Source: Klebsormidium nitens (lineage: Eukaryota > Plantae > Klebsormidiophyceae). Taken from it: a stretch of 64,000 bases of DNA. The stretch is taken from positions 62,001-126,000 of the forward strand of contig DF237091.1 of assembly GCA_000708835.1 (NCBI GenBank), read 5' to 3'. Each line of letters opens with the position of its first letter. Positions within the stretch are counted from its first letter, which is position 1. Of this stretch, positions 36,575 to 49,500 are shown in pieces. The translations under genes were made by a program, and so were the position numbers. Under the pieces are notes generated by a model. That model was not told the origin of the DNA, did not search any database, and saw nothing but the letters and a program-made list of their open reading frames with translations.

Positions 36575-39450
36575 AAGCGACCAGGGCTAATCACTGGGCC
36601 CGAGTACGGGTGCTTCACAACCAGTCACGCTCGAATAATGGCAACAAATGGCTCAACTTTCGGCGCTGTTTCGGCTGGTTTCGCCCCTGGAACGCCTCAA
36701 TTCGCCCTCAATTCGCCCTCCACTTTCGGCTACGTTTCGGCTGTTTTCGGCCCCAATCCGCCGGCAATTCGCCGACAATTCGCCGACAATTTGCCTCCAG
36801 ATCGGCGGAAACCTGCTGCCGAAACCCCGAAAACCGGTACCGAATCTTGCAAGTTTGGGTTGCGAATCGGTCCCACTCGGCTGGACAACCGCGCAGAAAC
36901 CTGTGAATAAAGGCCGGCGGATCTTAAGCCCCCGCGTCGCGCTTCGGCTGGAGTGCCGCCCACAAAGCAGCGGAGGAACGGCAGATAATGGACACAGATA
37001 GGCCGCCGAACTGCGGCAATAATGGCCGCACAAGCGCCGAAAGTGCCCCCGAAGGCCTGGAAAGTTGGTGTCAGGACCGCGGCCATCTGTTCGAACCTGG
37101 CGCGGTCGGCGGGTCTGTTCCTGCGTCAATGTGCAAACACTTCGAAACGATATGTACAAAAAACGTCACATAACCCTCTGAACCGCGTCGCGATCTGGGT
37201 CGAACACCTCCCCCGGCTGTGGTACGAATGCGCTGCAAATCTGCAAACACTCCGCTGCAACTCTGCAAACACTCCGGCCCACATTGGTTGCAGATTGCTT
37301 CACAACCGCTGCCAATTGGCGGACTTCTGCCGCATTTCAGGCGGATTTCAGGTGGACATCAGGGTGTAAAACCGTACCCGGCCGGACGCAACCAGGTCAC
37401 AGCCGGACACGACAGGGGACAAAACTCCTTGGCCCGCTTGCTGGTGCGGGACAAAACGGGAATTCCCGCAATCGCCCGAAAGTCGCTCTGAACCGTGGTA
37501 TGGGCCCCTCCAAGCTTCACCAATTCCGGTCCACTGACGGGTCGACTTTGTCTCAAAACACCTGCGATTCCGCGCCGATTCTGGTAACCCAGACGCATCC
37601 AGAAGCGTCAAGTTGAGGCCCACCGTGCTATTGGATAGGCAGATACTGGACCCGACTGGCCTTCCTCGGGCCCCCCCACTCAGCGTGCGGGACAAACGGT
37701 CTCTCAATCAGTCGCCCGTCTTGAGGGCCTACGTCTCAGTTTCGCCGCTGGCGAAATCCTGAACTGTCTCATTTTCGCCGCTGGCAAATTAGTGGCGAAA
37801 TGTCCAACTTTCGCGGCGAAATGCCCGAGTTTGTGCTGGACCCTGTCCTCGATCCAACCCAGACGTTGCCAAAGTTCCTTCGAAACACGGTGGCATTCCG
37901 TCCCCTTTCGGCCCACAATGGCGTCCCAGATCGGTCCCAAAGCGCCGAGCAAACGGCGCACGATCGGGGCACATTCCGGCCATATGCTTCTTAACAGACC
38001 AGCGAAACGCTCCGGAAACTCCCCAAAACCACTGCCAGTTGTGCGCCGATCTGCCACAAGTTGCTGCCGGGGTCACCTGACTCTGGGCCAAACACGGCCG
38101 CATTCTGCTGCAATCAGCCTCCAATTCGCCGCCGTTCTGCCCCCACTCACCGCTTTTTAGCCTCCGTTCAGCTTTGCCTCAGCTTCGATTCAGCCTCTGC
38201 TCCGTCTCGATTCGTCGCATGTCCGGGCGAACCAGCGCAAACATTTGTCTCTGAAAATGGCCCACAATCTGGCAAAATCGGCCTGAAACCCGTTGTGAGG
38301 GCGCACATCATCGATGCAAATGCACACGCCATCACCGTAACACCGGTCCGGCAACCCAACTCCACACTCTCAGCAGATCGGCAAGAATGGCGAGGAGATT
38401 GCCCCAAACCGGATCAAGGTTGGGCCTCCGCAGGTGCACCAAGGTGAGAGAAGTGAGAGGACCTTTGCCTCGGATCAGGGGGAAGATCAGGGGGAGAATT
38501 CGGGAGACCAGGGGGAACATCAGGTGGGGACCTTGGTCGAAACGGTGGACAAGTTCAGGCGGACATCAGGCACCGTCGGCTCTGACTTCAGGCGGACATC
38601 AGGCGGTGATTGCTCAGGGTTCAGGCGGACTTCAGCTGTGCCGCTGGACCCACTTCTGATCCAAAGCGGTGCCCACATGGGCTCCATGGCAAGCGCAACC
38701 AACTCTTCCAAGTGTGTCACTAATGCGCCCCTGAGGGTGCACATGTGCCCAGGAAGCGGCTCCAAACGGCCACCAAACGCCAGAAATTCGTTTGGCAAGC
38801 AGCCGGGGACTGCGCGGCGGCTAGTGTTGAACAGTGGAAAAACGCGGACCAAATGCGGTGGAAAACAGCCACCAGCAGGTTCTAAGTCAGGCTCCAAATG
38901 CTCGAGAATTCTGCAAGAAAGCTGGGCAGATTGGGAGTCGGATGGGCAGAAGAAACCCGGAAAACTGGTGCCCGACGTGCTACAAAACGCGGAAAACAGG
39001 CTGCCAGATTCTGGATCAAACCCGCCCTTTCCCCGTCATACACGTCGGCTGCTTCAACTTTCTGCTGGCCTGCTTCAACTTTCGGCTATCCTACTTCAAC
39101 TTCTCCTCGGCCTCAACCCAGAATTTGCCTCCGAAGCGGGGCACAAAATCGGCGGCACAGGGCCGGAATCTCCTTCGGTTCTTTGAAGCGATGGACCCAA
39201 GCACTCGGGGCCCCTAACAGGACGGAGATTCGGTACGCCGGTCCCCTATTAACAGGACGGAACGATTACGGGGGCCAAATGTGCGACGATTAACTCCGCA
39301 GGAACGCAGTTTTTCCCCAGAAACATCGACTCCAAACAGCAGCGAAAGGCAGAACTTGGGCAGCCAAATGGACAACGATCTTGCTGCAAAACCGTGCGGC
39401 AAAAAGTCCGGAAAATCCTTTGAAAATTGCAGAAAATGAGGCTCCAAGGA
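36575..39450. mobile_element. non-coding dispersed repeat element, copy 1 (probable non-autonomous transposon; boundaries approximate)
   Basis: Collinear similarity to ~49.2-52.3 kb, e.g. CCTCCAGATCGGC..AAACCTGCTGCC.AAACCCCG, TTTGTGCTGGACCC, GGATCAGGGGGA, TTCAGGCGGACATCAGGCGG, CCCACATGGGCTCCA, GAACAGTGGAAAA. Internal short tandem motifs; no recognisable transposase. Confidence 0.55.
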
Positions 39451-40599
39451 TTTGAGGCTGAGGCTTGAACGGCTGCCAGCAGTATTGGGCGTCACCATAC
39501 TCGGCGCCTTTCATAATACGAGTGAATGGTTAAACTGCGTGATTACCGCGCAAGCTCATGGTGGCTCATGGGGTCTCATGGATGCTTTTGGGAATCGAGG
39601 GAAAACATGTTGCAACCATGTCAACGCTTAAATCGTGTGTCGGACAATGTCGGAAGCTCCGAGGAAAGCTTGGCGAGTGCGCATCATACAGAATTCCATA
39701 TAGACGGACTCACAACCGACCTTTAGCATTTTCACCACGTCCAAGCAATGTGGGGCCGGACAAGTTGGTCGGAATTCCAACATGATTTGCAGCGGCCGGC
39801 CCCACCGGATGCTCGACACAGCGCGTCAGTCGTCGACTCATGTCGTGCTTCAGAATTATAGCTACGGATGCATGGCATGCATATCATTGCAATGTGCATG
39901 CACCGGGAGTCGATCATACATGCAGCTGCGCCGCAAGCGGAAGATATATATATGGCCTCGTACGTGGGGCACATATATGCATGGTACACCCGTGCTCGCC
40001 AATCCTGCGCCGGAGCGTTGAAGCATTCAGAATCGGATTGCATCGATCTTTCAGCTTTCGATATCGGCATTCGGGTAGCTATACTCCGGCCTAGCTTTGT
40101 AATAGATTTTCATATCCCGTCATGCAATTCCAACCTGGATGCACCATGCATGGCCTCTCAATACTCGGGTTGCACTTGCATGTATGTGGTTGGCAGATCT
40201 CAAGCTGCAAATGCTGGCGCGTAGAGTTGACGAAGTCGGAAGAACGCAGTCATGCGATTGTATCTAAACCAGATCAGAAATTGATAGTGATCAGCTGTAC
40301 ATAAGTACAGTCGGATGCAATTGGCCCACAGATACTTAAGGATAGAGGGCGACGTGATCGGGTCGAATCGATCATTGTCAGTGCCCTGAGCAAAGCATTA
40401 AGAATTTCAAGTCAGACATACCGCGACAAACATTCTGTGGCGAGTTTTCAGGGTTTTCAGGGTTTTCGCGACTCCCGCTAACCTCTTGATTGAAAACCCC
40501 GGAGTATTTGAATCTTTCCAAATCTTCTACCTTGTCGTTCCTGCTTCCGCCTTGTTGCGTCCTCTTCCGGTCGGTATGTGCAGAATCATTTGTCGCCTC

Positions 40600-43500
40600 T
40601 CACACCAAAGCAATAACGGCCGGGCTGGCAAAGTAATGCTTAACGACGCGTCCCTTCGTGACTCTCTCTGAGGGGCCACGTGGCACGTCGAAGCTGGGCC
40701 TTGCTGTTGCAACCGTTGATCTGATAGCTCGGACGCTCAGGTGGCCGTCCGATACCAAGGAGTCGAGAAAGTCGCGGCCGCTTTGCGGCGTCAGGACCTC
40801 GACTTGGGGCAGCAGCAGCTCCTGTAAGACGAACTTGTGAATCAAGTCAAATGGCGTCAATGATTGCTAGAGAACGGTACGCAATGTCTGATATCAGCAA
40901 GTCTCACAGATTGAGTTGAGCCAGGTTGAGATGCAAATTTCGAACCGGGAGGACGCACCAAAGTAAAACCCTAGATACAAACTTGCCCGCTTCGTGCCCA
41001 CCTTAACCACCAACCTAATCCCACCCGTTTCCCGGACGCTGACCTATCTCAATCTAGCTAAATCTCAACCTAAAATCGACACTAGTCTATTGGGCAAATC
41101 ATAGATTGCAAGCGGAGGGCACGCAAAGAGAGGCCTGAAGCGGGCTTGGACGCTTAATCACAGCCATCCCAAAGAAGGCTGAAATTTCTATCATAGTTTG
41201 TTGCATTCTCAAGTGCGGGGCTGCTAGATTGTGAGAGAAGACCACCTCTTCCATTCAGAAACCTGTTCTTCGGCCAGCCTTGTGTAACAGGTCCCTTCTA
41301 CATAGTGGCAAGGCGAGAAGGACGATCTGCTCTGCTTCGCTTATCGTTAATCATCTCGCCACGGACTTCCGACGCATTCGTCGGGAGTGAAGTACTCCTT
41401 CCACGACCTACCTCGTAACTGATCTAAGACTTGTTCTAAGCGAACTCCAGAATTGTTGCGGGGATGTCTTCGCTCGCAAGGGTTTCGATAAAAGTAGGAA
41501 TTTGACCATGAAACGGCTCTCACAGTTCCCAGATCGGCTGTTCCCACGCTGCACGAATCGGAAGATACGCCGCTTCGGCTCACCTCAGGGATGCCCGGGT
41601 TAGCCATCACCAGGCTCACAATCCTCCTCCTAAGCAGCGCACAAAACGCCCGGTTCATTCCGCCCCGGGGGGTCAGCCAGGGCTGAATTCCAACCCCCTG
41701 GGGCGGCCCCTTTCCGCCGCTCGGTCCTGGTGTGGGCTCCGCCACTTGCAACGGATCTCCGGAACCGCCACGTGGCAGCTGCTGATTGACGCCGTCCGAA
41801 GGGACTGGAAGGAGGTGCCGTTCCGAGAATGGTGCGGACATTATTCGGACGGAATCCACCGAGTTGATCTGCACAAGCAGCGGTGGGCGTGAGGCTTCGT
41901 TAACCCGACTTTCTTTTGTTGAAGCTTGCTTCATCTTTTTCAGAGCTGAACAGATTCTCGACTTTGATCATAATTTAAACCTGGGGTGATGTCATCAGAT
42001 CCTGGATTATAAAACACAAGTGTCCAGGTAGTATTTTGTTCGCATTGATTGCATTGCTTCGGACACGTGGCGAACCCAGCAGTGCTTTGGAAACGGGCCA
42101 ACTCTCAGGACGAAGTCCGCTCGTCCGCCAGTTCCTCAAAGGATTCAGTGAGTCTACCAGTATCATAATCAACGATACTCAGAGAAGACTGCGCCGATTT
42201 GAAGCGTTCGATTCCATACATTGACCCTCTCATCAACGCGATTCAACTGTCTCCCTTCACTTCCTGTTTCTCGAAGGGTACAGAAGCCTGTAGCCTTTCG
42301 CCTGCTTTTGTCTCTGGTGAAGACCTCTAAGAAAATCCGCGCCGGTCGGTCTGGCTCGCCTGAAGCCTCGTCCGGGCCCTGAACCCTCAGCCCGTGACCC
42401 TAACACTCGAACTTCCTCTCAACGAAAGATGGTCAAAGCCCATCAACGTCAGCTTTCTTTGAAAAGCTTTCTCAAACACAAATATGCAAAGTCCTTACCC
42501 GCTGCACCAAGTCAAACATCTCCAGTGCCTCCACGTAATCCGCCGCCCCTGCCCGGTGCCCATTCCCACCGCTTTGCTGCCCCGACACTTCCCGGGGGAG
42601 AACACCCGCCCCCTCCTGCCCCGCCAGGATCTCGCTGACGTCATCGAACGTCAGCCCCTCGTCCCCTGCTGCTCTCGCCGCCTCGAACACCCACCACAGG
42701 GCGCGCCGATCCAGGCACGGCCGTCCTGATGTCACGGTGACGTCATCGGAACACCAGAGGCCGCAGCACAGCTCGAACGCGGCCTCGACCTCCGCCCCGG
42801 CATGGGGCCCCGCATAGGACTGGGGGATCTTCAGGAGATTGCTGACGTCCGCAGCCGGAACGCTCACGTCAGCACCGCCTCCTGCAGCATCGAGTCCACC
42901 GTTCCCTTCCGCAGGCCCTGTTTCTGGGGCCGGTACTGGGTTGTCAGTCTGGGGCGCGACAGCCCCCAGAGTCGCTTCCTCGAAACGGGGCCCCGTGTCG
43001 ACGGCTGGCAAAGGCCCTGGTATCGCCTCAGGTTCATGGGTCGCAGAAGGCCCTGTTTCTGTTCCCGCAAACAGTGTTGTCGCTGCAGATAGCCCCGTCT
43101 CGGTCGACGGCCGCTCAACACGGGGCCTCTTGCCACGACTTCCCCCATGCTCGTCTTCCTCCATCCGCCTCTTCCCCTTCGCATCAGTCGACTTTTCGAG
43201 TCCACTTTCCAATGTACCCGGCCCCCCTTCCTGCATTTCCGGTGCTCCCCCCTGGTCCGCTCCTTCCTTCCGCTCCCGTGATTCCGCCGGACGGCTCACT
43301 TCAGCCGCTTCCGGGGCCTTCCCGTCTCGCCGTCCCCTCCTCCGAGTTCTCGGCCCGCTTCCCGCGGCCTGCTCCGAAGATTCCGCTAGCGCTTCCTCTG
43401 ACGGCCCCTTCTGTTTCTGGGGCGCTTCTACAGCTTTCCCGGCCGAGTATGACGCTTGCGCATCAGAAGCTCCCCCCTTCTCTTGAACTCCTGCCAAACC

Positions 43501-46500
43501 GTGGTCCAAACCGGCTGGCAAACCACCCTCCAAACCTTCCGAACCCTTCGTTAACGCTTCCACTCCGTCCGACCCCCTTATCCGAATGCCCAGCTTCCAC
43601 TCCGGCGGCCCCCGCTCTCTGGGGGGACCGTTTTCCAGGCTTTCTGACCCCCACGGAGCGAAACCCGGCTCGAAAGGCTCAATCTCCGCTTTGCCTTCGA
43701 CGACCATCGCGAGAGTTTGTGCGAGTTGGCCTTCCGAGGGGAGGCTTGGCAGCGAGATCCACTTTCCGGCGGATTCCGCTTTCAGAGCGGACTGGAAGTC
43801 ACGAGCGGATTTGCCGATGCCCAGCGGAAAAGGAGAGCTCGCGAGGTGCTGGTTGAATTTCTCGGCCATGCGGAAGGGGCGCGTCGGCTTGCTCTGGACC
43901 TGTAAGCAATTGTTCGGGAAAAAGATTGAAGTGCAATTGTTCGGGGAAAAAGATTGAAGTGCAATTGTTCGGGGAAAAAGATATTAAAAATAGTCAATAA
44001 AGTGGCAAAGTAAGAAGAAGCACTTGGAAGGCGCGACCCCTAGTGGACCCCAGCAATCATCGCCCAGATCAAGCTCAAATTAAGATCAGTACATTGCCTC
44101 AATTCAGCAGAGAGCTCAGGTCCTTAAATGGAAGGAGAGCTGCAAACTTTACTGGTTGAGCAATGGCTAGCTAGCTTCGAAACTGCTAGCTTTCTAGCTT
44201 GCTTAAAATGACACGACTTGAAGCAACACGACCATATCGGTTCGTTTGAAGCTAGACTGGTATTGTCAAGGCCAGTCAGGAGACTAGCACAGAGCTTTTT
44301 ACCAGAATTCCAAAGGCTCCGATCACGGATCCAGGCGTCAAGCCTTTCCAGCACTCTTTTCAGATGTCAGTTCTGCTTTTGGGGCATCATCTTCATCCTA
44401 TAATCTATTACTCAGGTAAATGCAACAACGTGAACCTGCATTCACCGACTGAACAACGTGTGCATCATAGCATCAGATAAGAGCACAGATCGTGATCTGA
44501 CGCATTCCGGAGGTACCAACCTGGAACACGCTAGACCCCAGCATTAACTAACTAACTAACTGACTAACTAGCAAGAATTTAGCTAACTAAGTAATTGACA
44601 AACTCACCACGAACTTGCGCGCCTGTAGATGCTGCATCGCGCACGCCACGTCACCCTCCCCGCACCGCTTCAGCGCACGTGCCACCGTCTCCGAGATCGC
44701 GCCGTTCGGACGTGCGTGCAGCAACCCGATCTCGATCAGTCCAAGAGCGGACGCCACTCCCGGCCGGTCCTCCAACCTCTCAGTCTCTTCGACCGCGATG
44801 ACGTCACCAACAGGCTGCCGAGCGATCCCTCTCGCTGGCCCCTCCTCGGTTCCCGGTCCGTGGGGGGCCGCTTCGACTGGCGGGGGCACCCCCCCGGAGC
44901 TCATCTGCGCCGCTTTCACCGCCTCGAAACACCGGGCGACTTCGTCCAGAGCGCGCGCGAGCTCCGGCTCGGTGACGTCATCCCAGGCAAACTCCGCGCC
45001 GCCACCTGGCCCAAGGTTGCTGGGGGGGAGAAGCACTCGGTCCATCGCTCGGTGCTCCGCTGTGCTTCTCTTCCCCTTCACTTTCGGTTCTTTACTGAAC
45101 CCCCGATCCCTTTGCTTCTCATTCTCTAGCATGAGACTCAGTTCTCGAACGATGTGTTCCGACTCGCTCGGTTGCTCTTCTTCCGGGGGCGTATTCACAG
45201 CCTTCTCCTCTGACTGCGCACCCCCCTCTTGGGGAGGTTCCGCTGCCAGAGCCGCGGCGCGCCGATCAGCGACCAGCACGACCACATACGCTATGGCCTC
45301 CAGCGTCGCCTTATCGTTTCGAAGCTTCGTCATCTGGCGCTTGCAGCAGGGGACTGGGGCGGGGAGACCAGGGACCGCATCCCATTCGGTGGGCATACGC
45401 TTACCGTGGATGGAGTGCCATATGGCATAAGCGGCGATCAGTTGCCTGGAAGTAGAGAACAGGACGGTTGGTCAAACCGTGCGTAACGAAGTCAGCGGTA
45501 ATGAGATTAAAACAGAAGGGTTAGTCGAACCGTATTTACGAAGTTAATTGTGGCGGATTTGAAGGTGAGAACAACTCTTAGTGATGTTGTTGAGAGCAGA
45601 AGTTCCAGGCGCATTGCCTTAGAAGTGTCTGATTGAAAGGGGCTGAATGTTGATTACGTTCACGAGCTTGTTGAGGCGTTTCAATTCATGAGACGAACAG
45701 GCGTTTTCAGTTGCTTGGACCTTGTCGATCGAAAAAGGATTCGAACATTTGTGCTCTCTTTGACGATGCATCGTTGAAAACAAGCTATTTTCTACAACGG
45801 CACAAGTAGGCCAGAACCACAATAAGGGACCGCAATGAGAGCTCAGCATAGCAATTAGCCAAGGAACCTCCGCGGAAAAAGGATGTACCCAGCTCATACA
45901 CCTGTTTCAACGCAAGCACGCGCGAGACATCCGGCAGAGTCTGCATAACGGTCAGAAGTGAGTACAATTTTTCAGGGTTCTTGTACTAAACCTTGTCTTG
46001 TACTTGCACCAGATCTTGATAGGATCAGACAAACCAACGAAGAACGTTGTATTTGGAAAAACAATGAAGTTCTCACTTGGTATCCTCCGCCGTCCAGTGG
46101 AACCGCTTCCTCCGCTTCGCAAACGGCTTCTTCCTCATCCGCCCGTCCCGCAGCGGCGGCCCTGCAAACCCCCCCAACTCCTCGCCCTCGCTTTCAAACC
46201 CCTCGGCGCGAACCGCCGCTTTCGCTCGCGAGCGCTTTCTTCGCACCCGGGAGGGCACGACCAGCCTGCCATCAGCGTCGAGTCTCTCCTCTCTAGTTGG
46301 CGCCGCGAACCGGGAACGCTTCGCCGGGGACCGCTTCCCCGCTCCTCGCCGGGCGCCGTCAGCCCGACCGTCGGTGACACCAGCCCGCCCGAGGGTGACG
46401 TCAGCGAACCCGGTCCTGGTGTCGTCAGCAACGAGCGCGGTGACGTCGGCGGGAGACGCGCGGCTGACATCGACGTGTTCGACGTTCTCGCGGGCCCAGG

Positions 46501-49500
46501 CGAGGTAGGGGGAGTCCTTGGCGTGGGGCCCGGGGATCCCCCGCTTGCCGAGCAAGGGGGGAGGGGGCTCGGCGTCGGCGAGCGCTTGTTTCCGCTTGAA
46601 CGCGCGGACGTGGCTCCGTTCGGTGGTGAGCGTTTTGCGCGCGCGAGCGCGCTGCACCTCGGCGGACTCCGGCTCGGGGGCCTGCTTCGGGGGCTCTGCA
46701 GGAGAGAGGCAGTCTTCGTTGTTAGAAGCAGGTCCAAGATTTGACGATGAGAGAGGGGCTTGCTTCGGGGGCTCTGCGGAAGAGAAGAGGCAGGGTTTCG
46801 TTGTTGGTCAAAGCAGGCTAAGTTTACACTCAACGACCAGCAGAAGGAGCGGCCAAAGAGCCTCCTACGATCAGGTGATGATCAGTTAAGGTATGACAGG
46901 TAGGATACGTACTTTCTTGACGATGAAAAGAAAGCTCCTGAAATGTCAGATTGAGGGCCCGAGAATTGCTGGAAAGGAAGGACAAGGCGAGAAAACCTGC
47001 AGAGATCACAAGTTCGGAACCCTGCATCTCGAGAAGGTCTTTGCGACTACTTGGCTCTGGGAAGCCCGTTTCAACCGGTCTCAATGATAAGCGTCCGGGA
47101 CAATCACTGGCTGACAAGCCAGTACCTACAAGTTTCACCCGGACTTCATTAGAGTCTGGATTTCTAGACTCGTCGTTGAACTCTACTGCTTGGCTGGGCA
47201 GCATACGTCAGGGGAAGTATGACGTCTTGCCACCTCAGCTTAGTTTCGATCCAAGGTTGCAATCGAAACAACTTCTACAGGACACCGTGATGAGATCACA
47301 GCCAAACGCTTCATTATGCAGGCGTGCGGATCAGACGCCGTGAAGTCTGAGGCGTCTGCAAAGGGACAAGCAGGTCGACGAGATGCGAAGCTGGGGAACG
47401 AAAGCGAAGGCAGAAGCACTATGCTCACGAATCAAGCACTATGCTAACAACCCATAAAGGACACATAGGACGGGTCCCTGCCTTCATATAGCACGTGCAA
47501 ACAAGCAATACAGCGGAGGCATCAATCGCATATTCAAATGTCCAGAGGTTTCACGGCAGACACTGAGCATAGCGGGTATATCTGAATGCCTTGTTTCTGC
47601 ATGTCAGGATAGAATCCAGCAAGCTCGGAAGAAAGCACTTGTAGGGAACGCTTCTCGCTGGGCAAACGATGTTGCTACTTTTCTTGTTGAAGAGGCGAAC
47701 TATTTATGCTCTTTCGAATTAATTGCCTTTGACTTGCAGCTCGTGAAAGAATTGCAACCTCTTGATACTGAACGCTGTCACTTCTTCTTAATAGACACAT
47801 AGAGATTATGGTGATCATCGAAGATTGTCTGAAAGATCTGGTTTCAGGGCCAAGAACTGGAGACATCTTTGGACACATCCCGGAACCAGCCCTTTAGAGT
47901 TGTTTGCACATCAGAAGTGGCATGCGACAAGTGTCCAACAGCCAAGAGCTCCGACCTTTGCATACCAAGTTAGTTCTGAGTTGGGAGAAGACTTAGGTAT
48001 CAGAAGGTGGGTGGATACACAATGTTTATGGAGCTGCAGACTGAAGCGACCTGCTAAATCAGAACCAAATTGGAATGCTACTAAGCTGATGCGTGGAGCA
48101 TCTGCTAACTGTCGACCTTGCAAAGAGGCCCTGCAACTTGAAAATTTAAAGTCCAGCGCTTAAGAAAAACATCATGTGTACGTAAGTTAGGTGCCAACCC
48201 TTCTGAGATTGCTATAAAGCAGGTGAAATAAACCAGGACAACATGGTCGGATGCTGTTTTAGCAAGCTCTTTATACATCCTCTTCCGAGTTTGTAAGTCG
48301 AATTGGTGGTCTTTCTCACCTTGCGACGACTTTTTGGAGTCATTGAGCGCCTTCTTCTTGCGCAAGGCGGTCAAGACCTCCGTTTGAGATAAACCCAAGG
48401 ACAGGAGCTTGCTTAAACGCGTCCGCCGAGTTCGCTCGTAGTACACTTTGTAAACCTGCAAAGTGAAAGACAAGCACTTCAGATGCGCATCCGCCTAGAC
48501 TGATCTGCCTGTAGCTACAATCATGTGTTGAAAGCTCTTGTGCAAGCAACCTGAAAGACTTCGAGCTTCCACTGACCAGGTAATACTAGGATATTGAAGG
48601 AAGCATCATTGCAAAGAGAGTGAAACCACAGTTATGGTTGCTTTGACAAGAAGCAAGCCTCCTGATGCGCAACCTCTCACTTCAGTGTCTTTGGTGTCAC
48701 TAATCAACAATTTTGCTTACACGCTTGTGACAAGCTCCTCAGCGCACCTTTACAAAGGAACAGAATTTCTGGCTCACAGCCACCAACCATCAATCATTAG
48801 ATAGAGAGCGAGTTGCTCGAGCTGAAGCATCAGTGAGCAAGTGCAATCTACCAGCCAAAGTCACCTCCAGAACCTTGTGCATCAGGTCCAAGGATTAAAA
48901 CTGTATCTCGGAGACTGTCTAGATTGCGGTTGTGAAGTCTGCGCCATCATTTGTGATGGTGTACTGGAGTTTGCGAAGAGAATGTTCTGCTCATGAAGGA
49001 ATTCGGGCACCTCTGCACACTGTCCAACATATATAAGTAACCTGGTAATAGCCAGGCTCTGGACGACTCAATTGCCCCTGCTGAATATTTGCAGCGGTGT
49101 AGGTACTCGATAGACTCGGTGCTGAAGGCTCAGTAGGGCTCAAATCAGCAAGAGTGCATGGCAGGTCTCCCGAGCAGACCCGCCCTTCGAGGCCGCAAAG
49201 TGCTCAAGAAGTGGCAACGCTTGGCCCAAGTTTCGGCTGTTTTTCGGCTGTTTTCGGCCCCCAACCAACCACATCCCGACCACATCCCGACCACATCCCG
49301 ACCGCATCCCGACCGCAATTCGGCCTCCAGATCGGCAAAAACCTGCTGCCAAAACCCCGGGTTTCGGTAACAAATCTCTCAATTTTGGGCTGCAAATCGG
49401 TCCCAATCGGCCGGAAATTTGCGCAGAAACCAGCCACCAATTGCCAGCAGATCGCTCCTGAGTTTCACCTGACGCTTCGCCCCTCCCCTCACACAGAGCT

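Noticed and set aside
42839-46833. Long ORFs (215-271 aa) on the + strand and in alternative frames
   Set aside because: Shadows of GC-rich, low-complexity GTF3C1 exons; no recognisable domains.
47290-47372. Possible extra GTF3C1 exon after a good TTTGCAG acceptor
   Set aside because: No donor giving the required phase was found; the gene is in frame without it.
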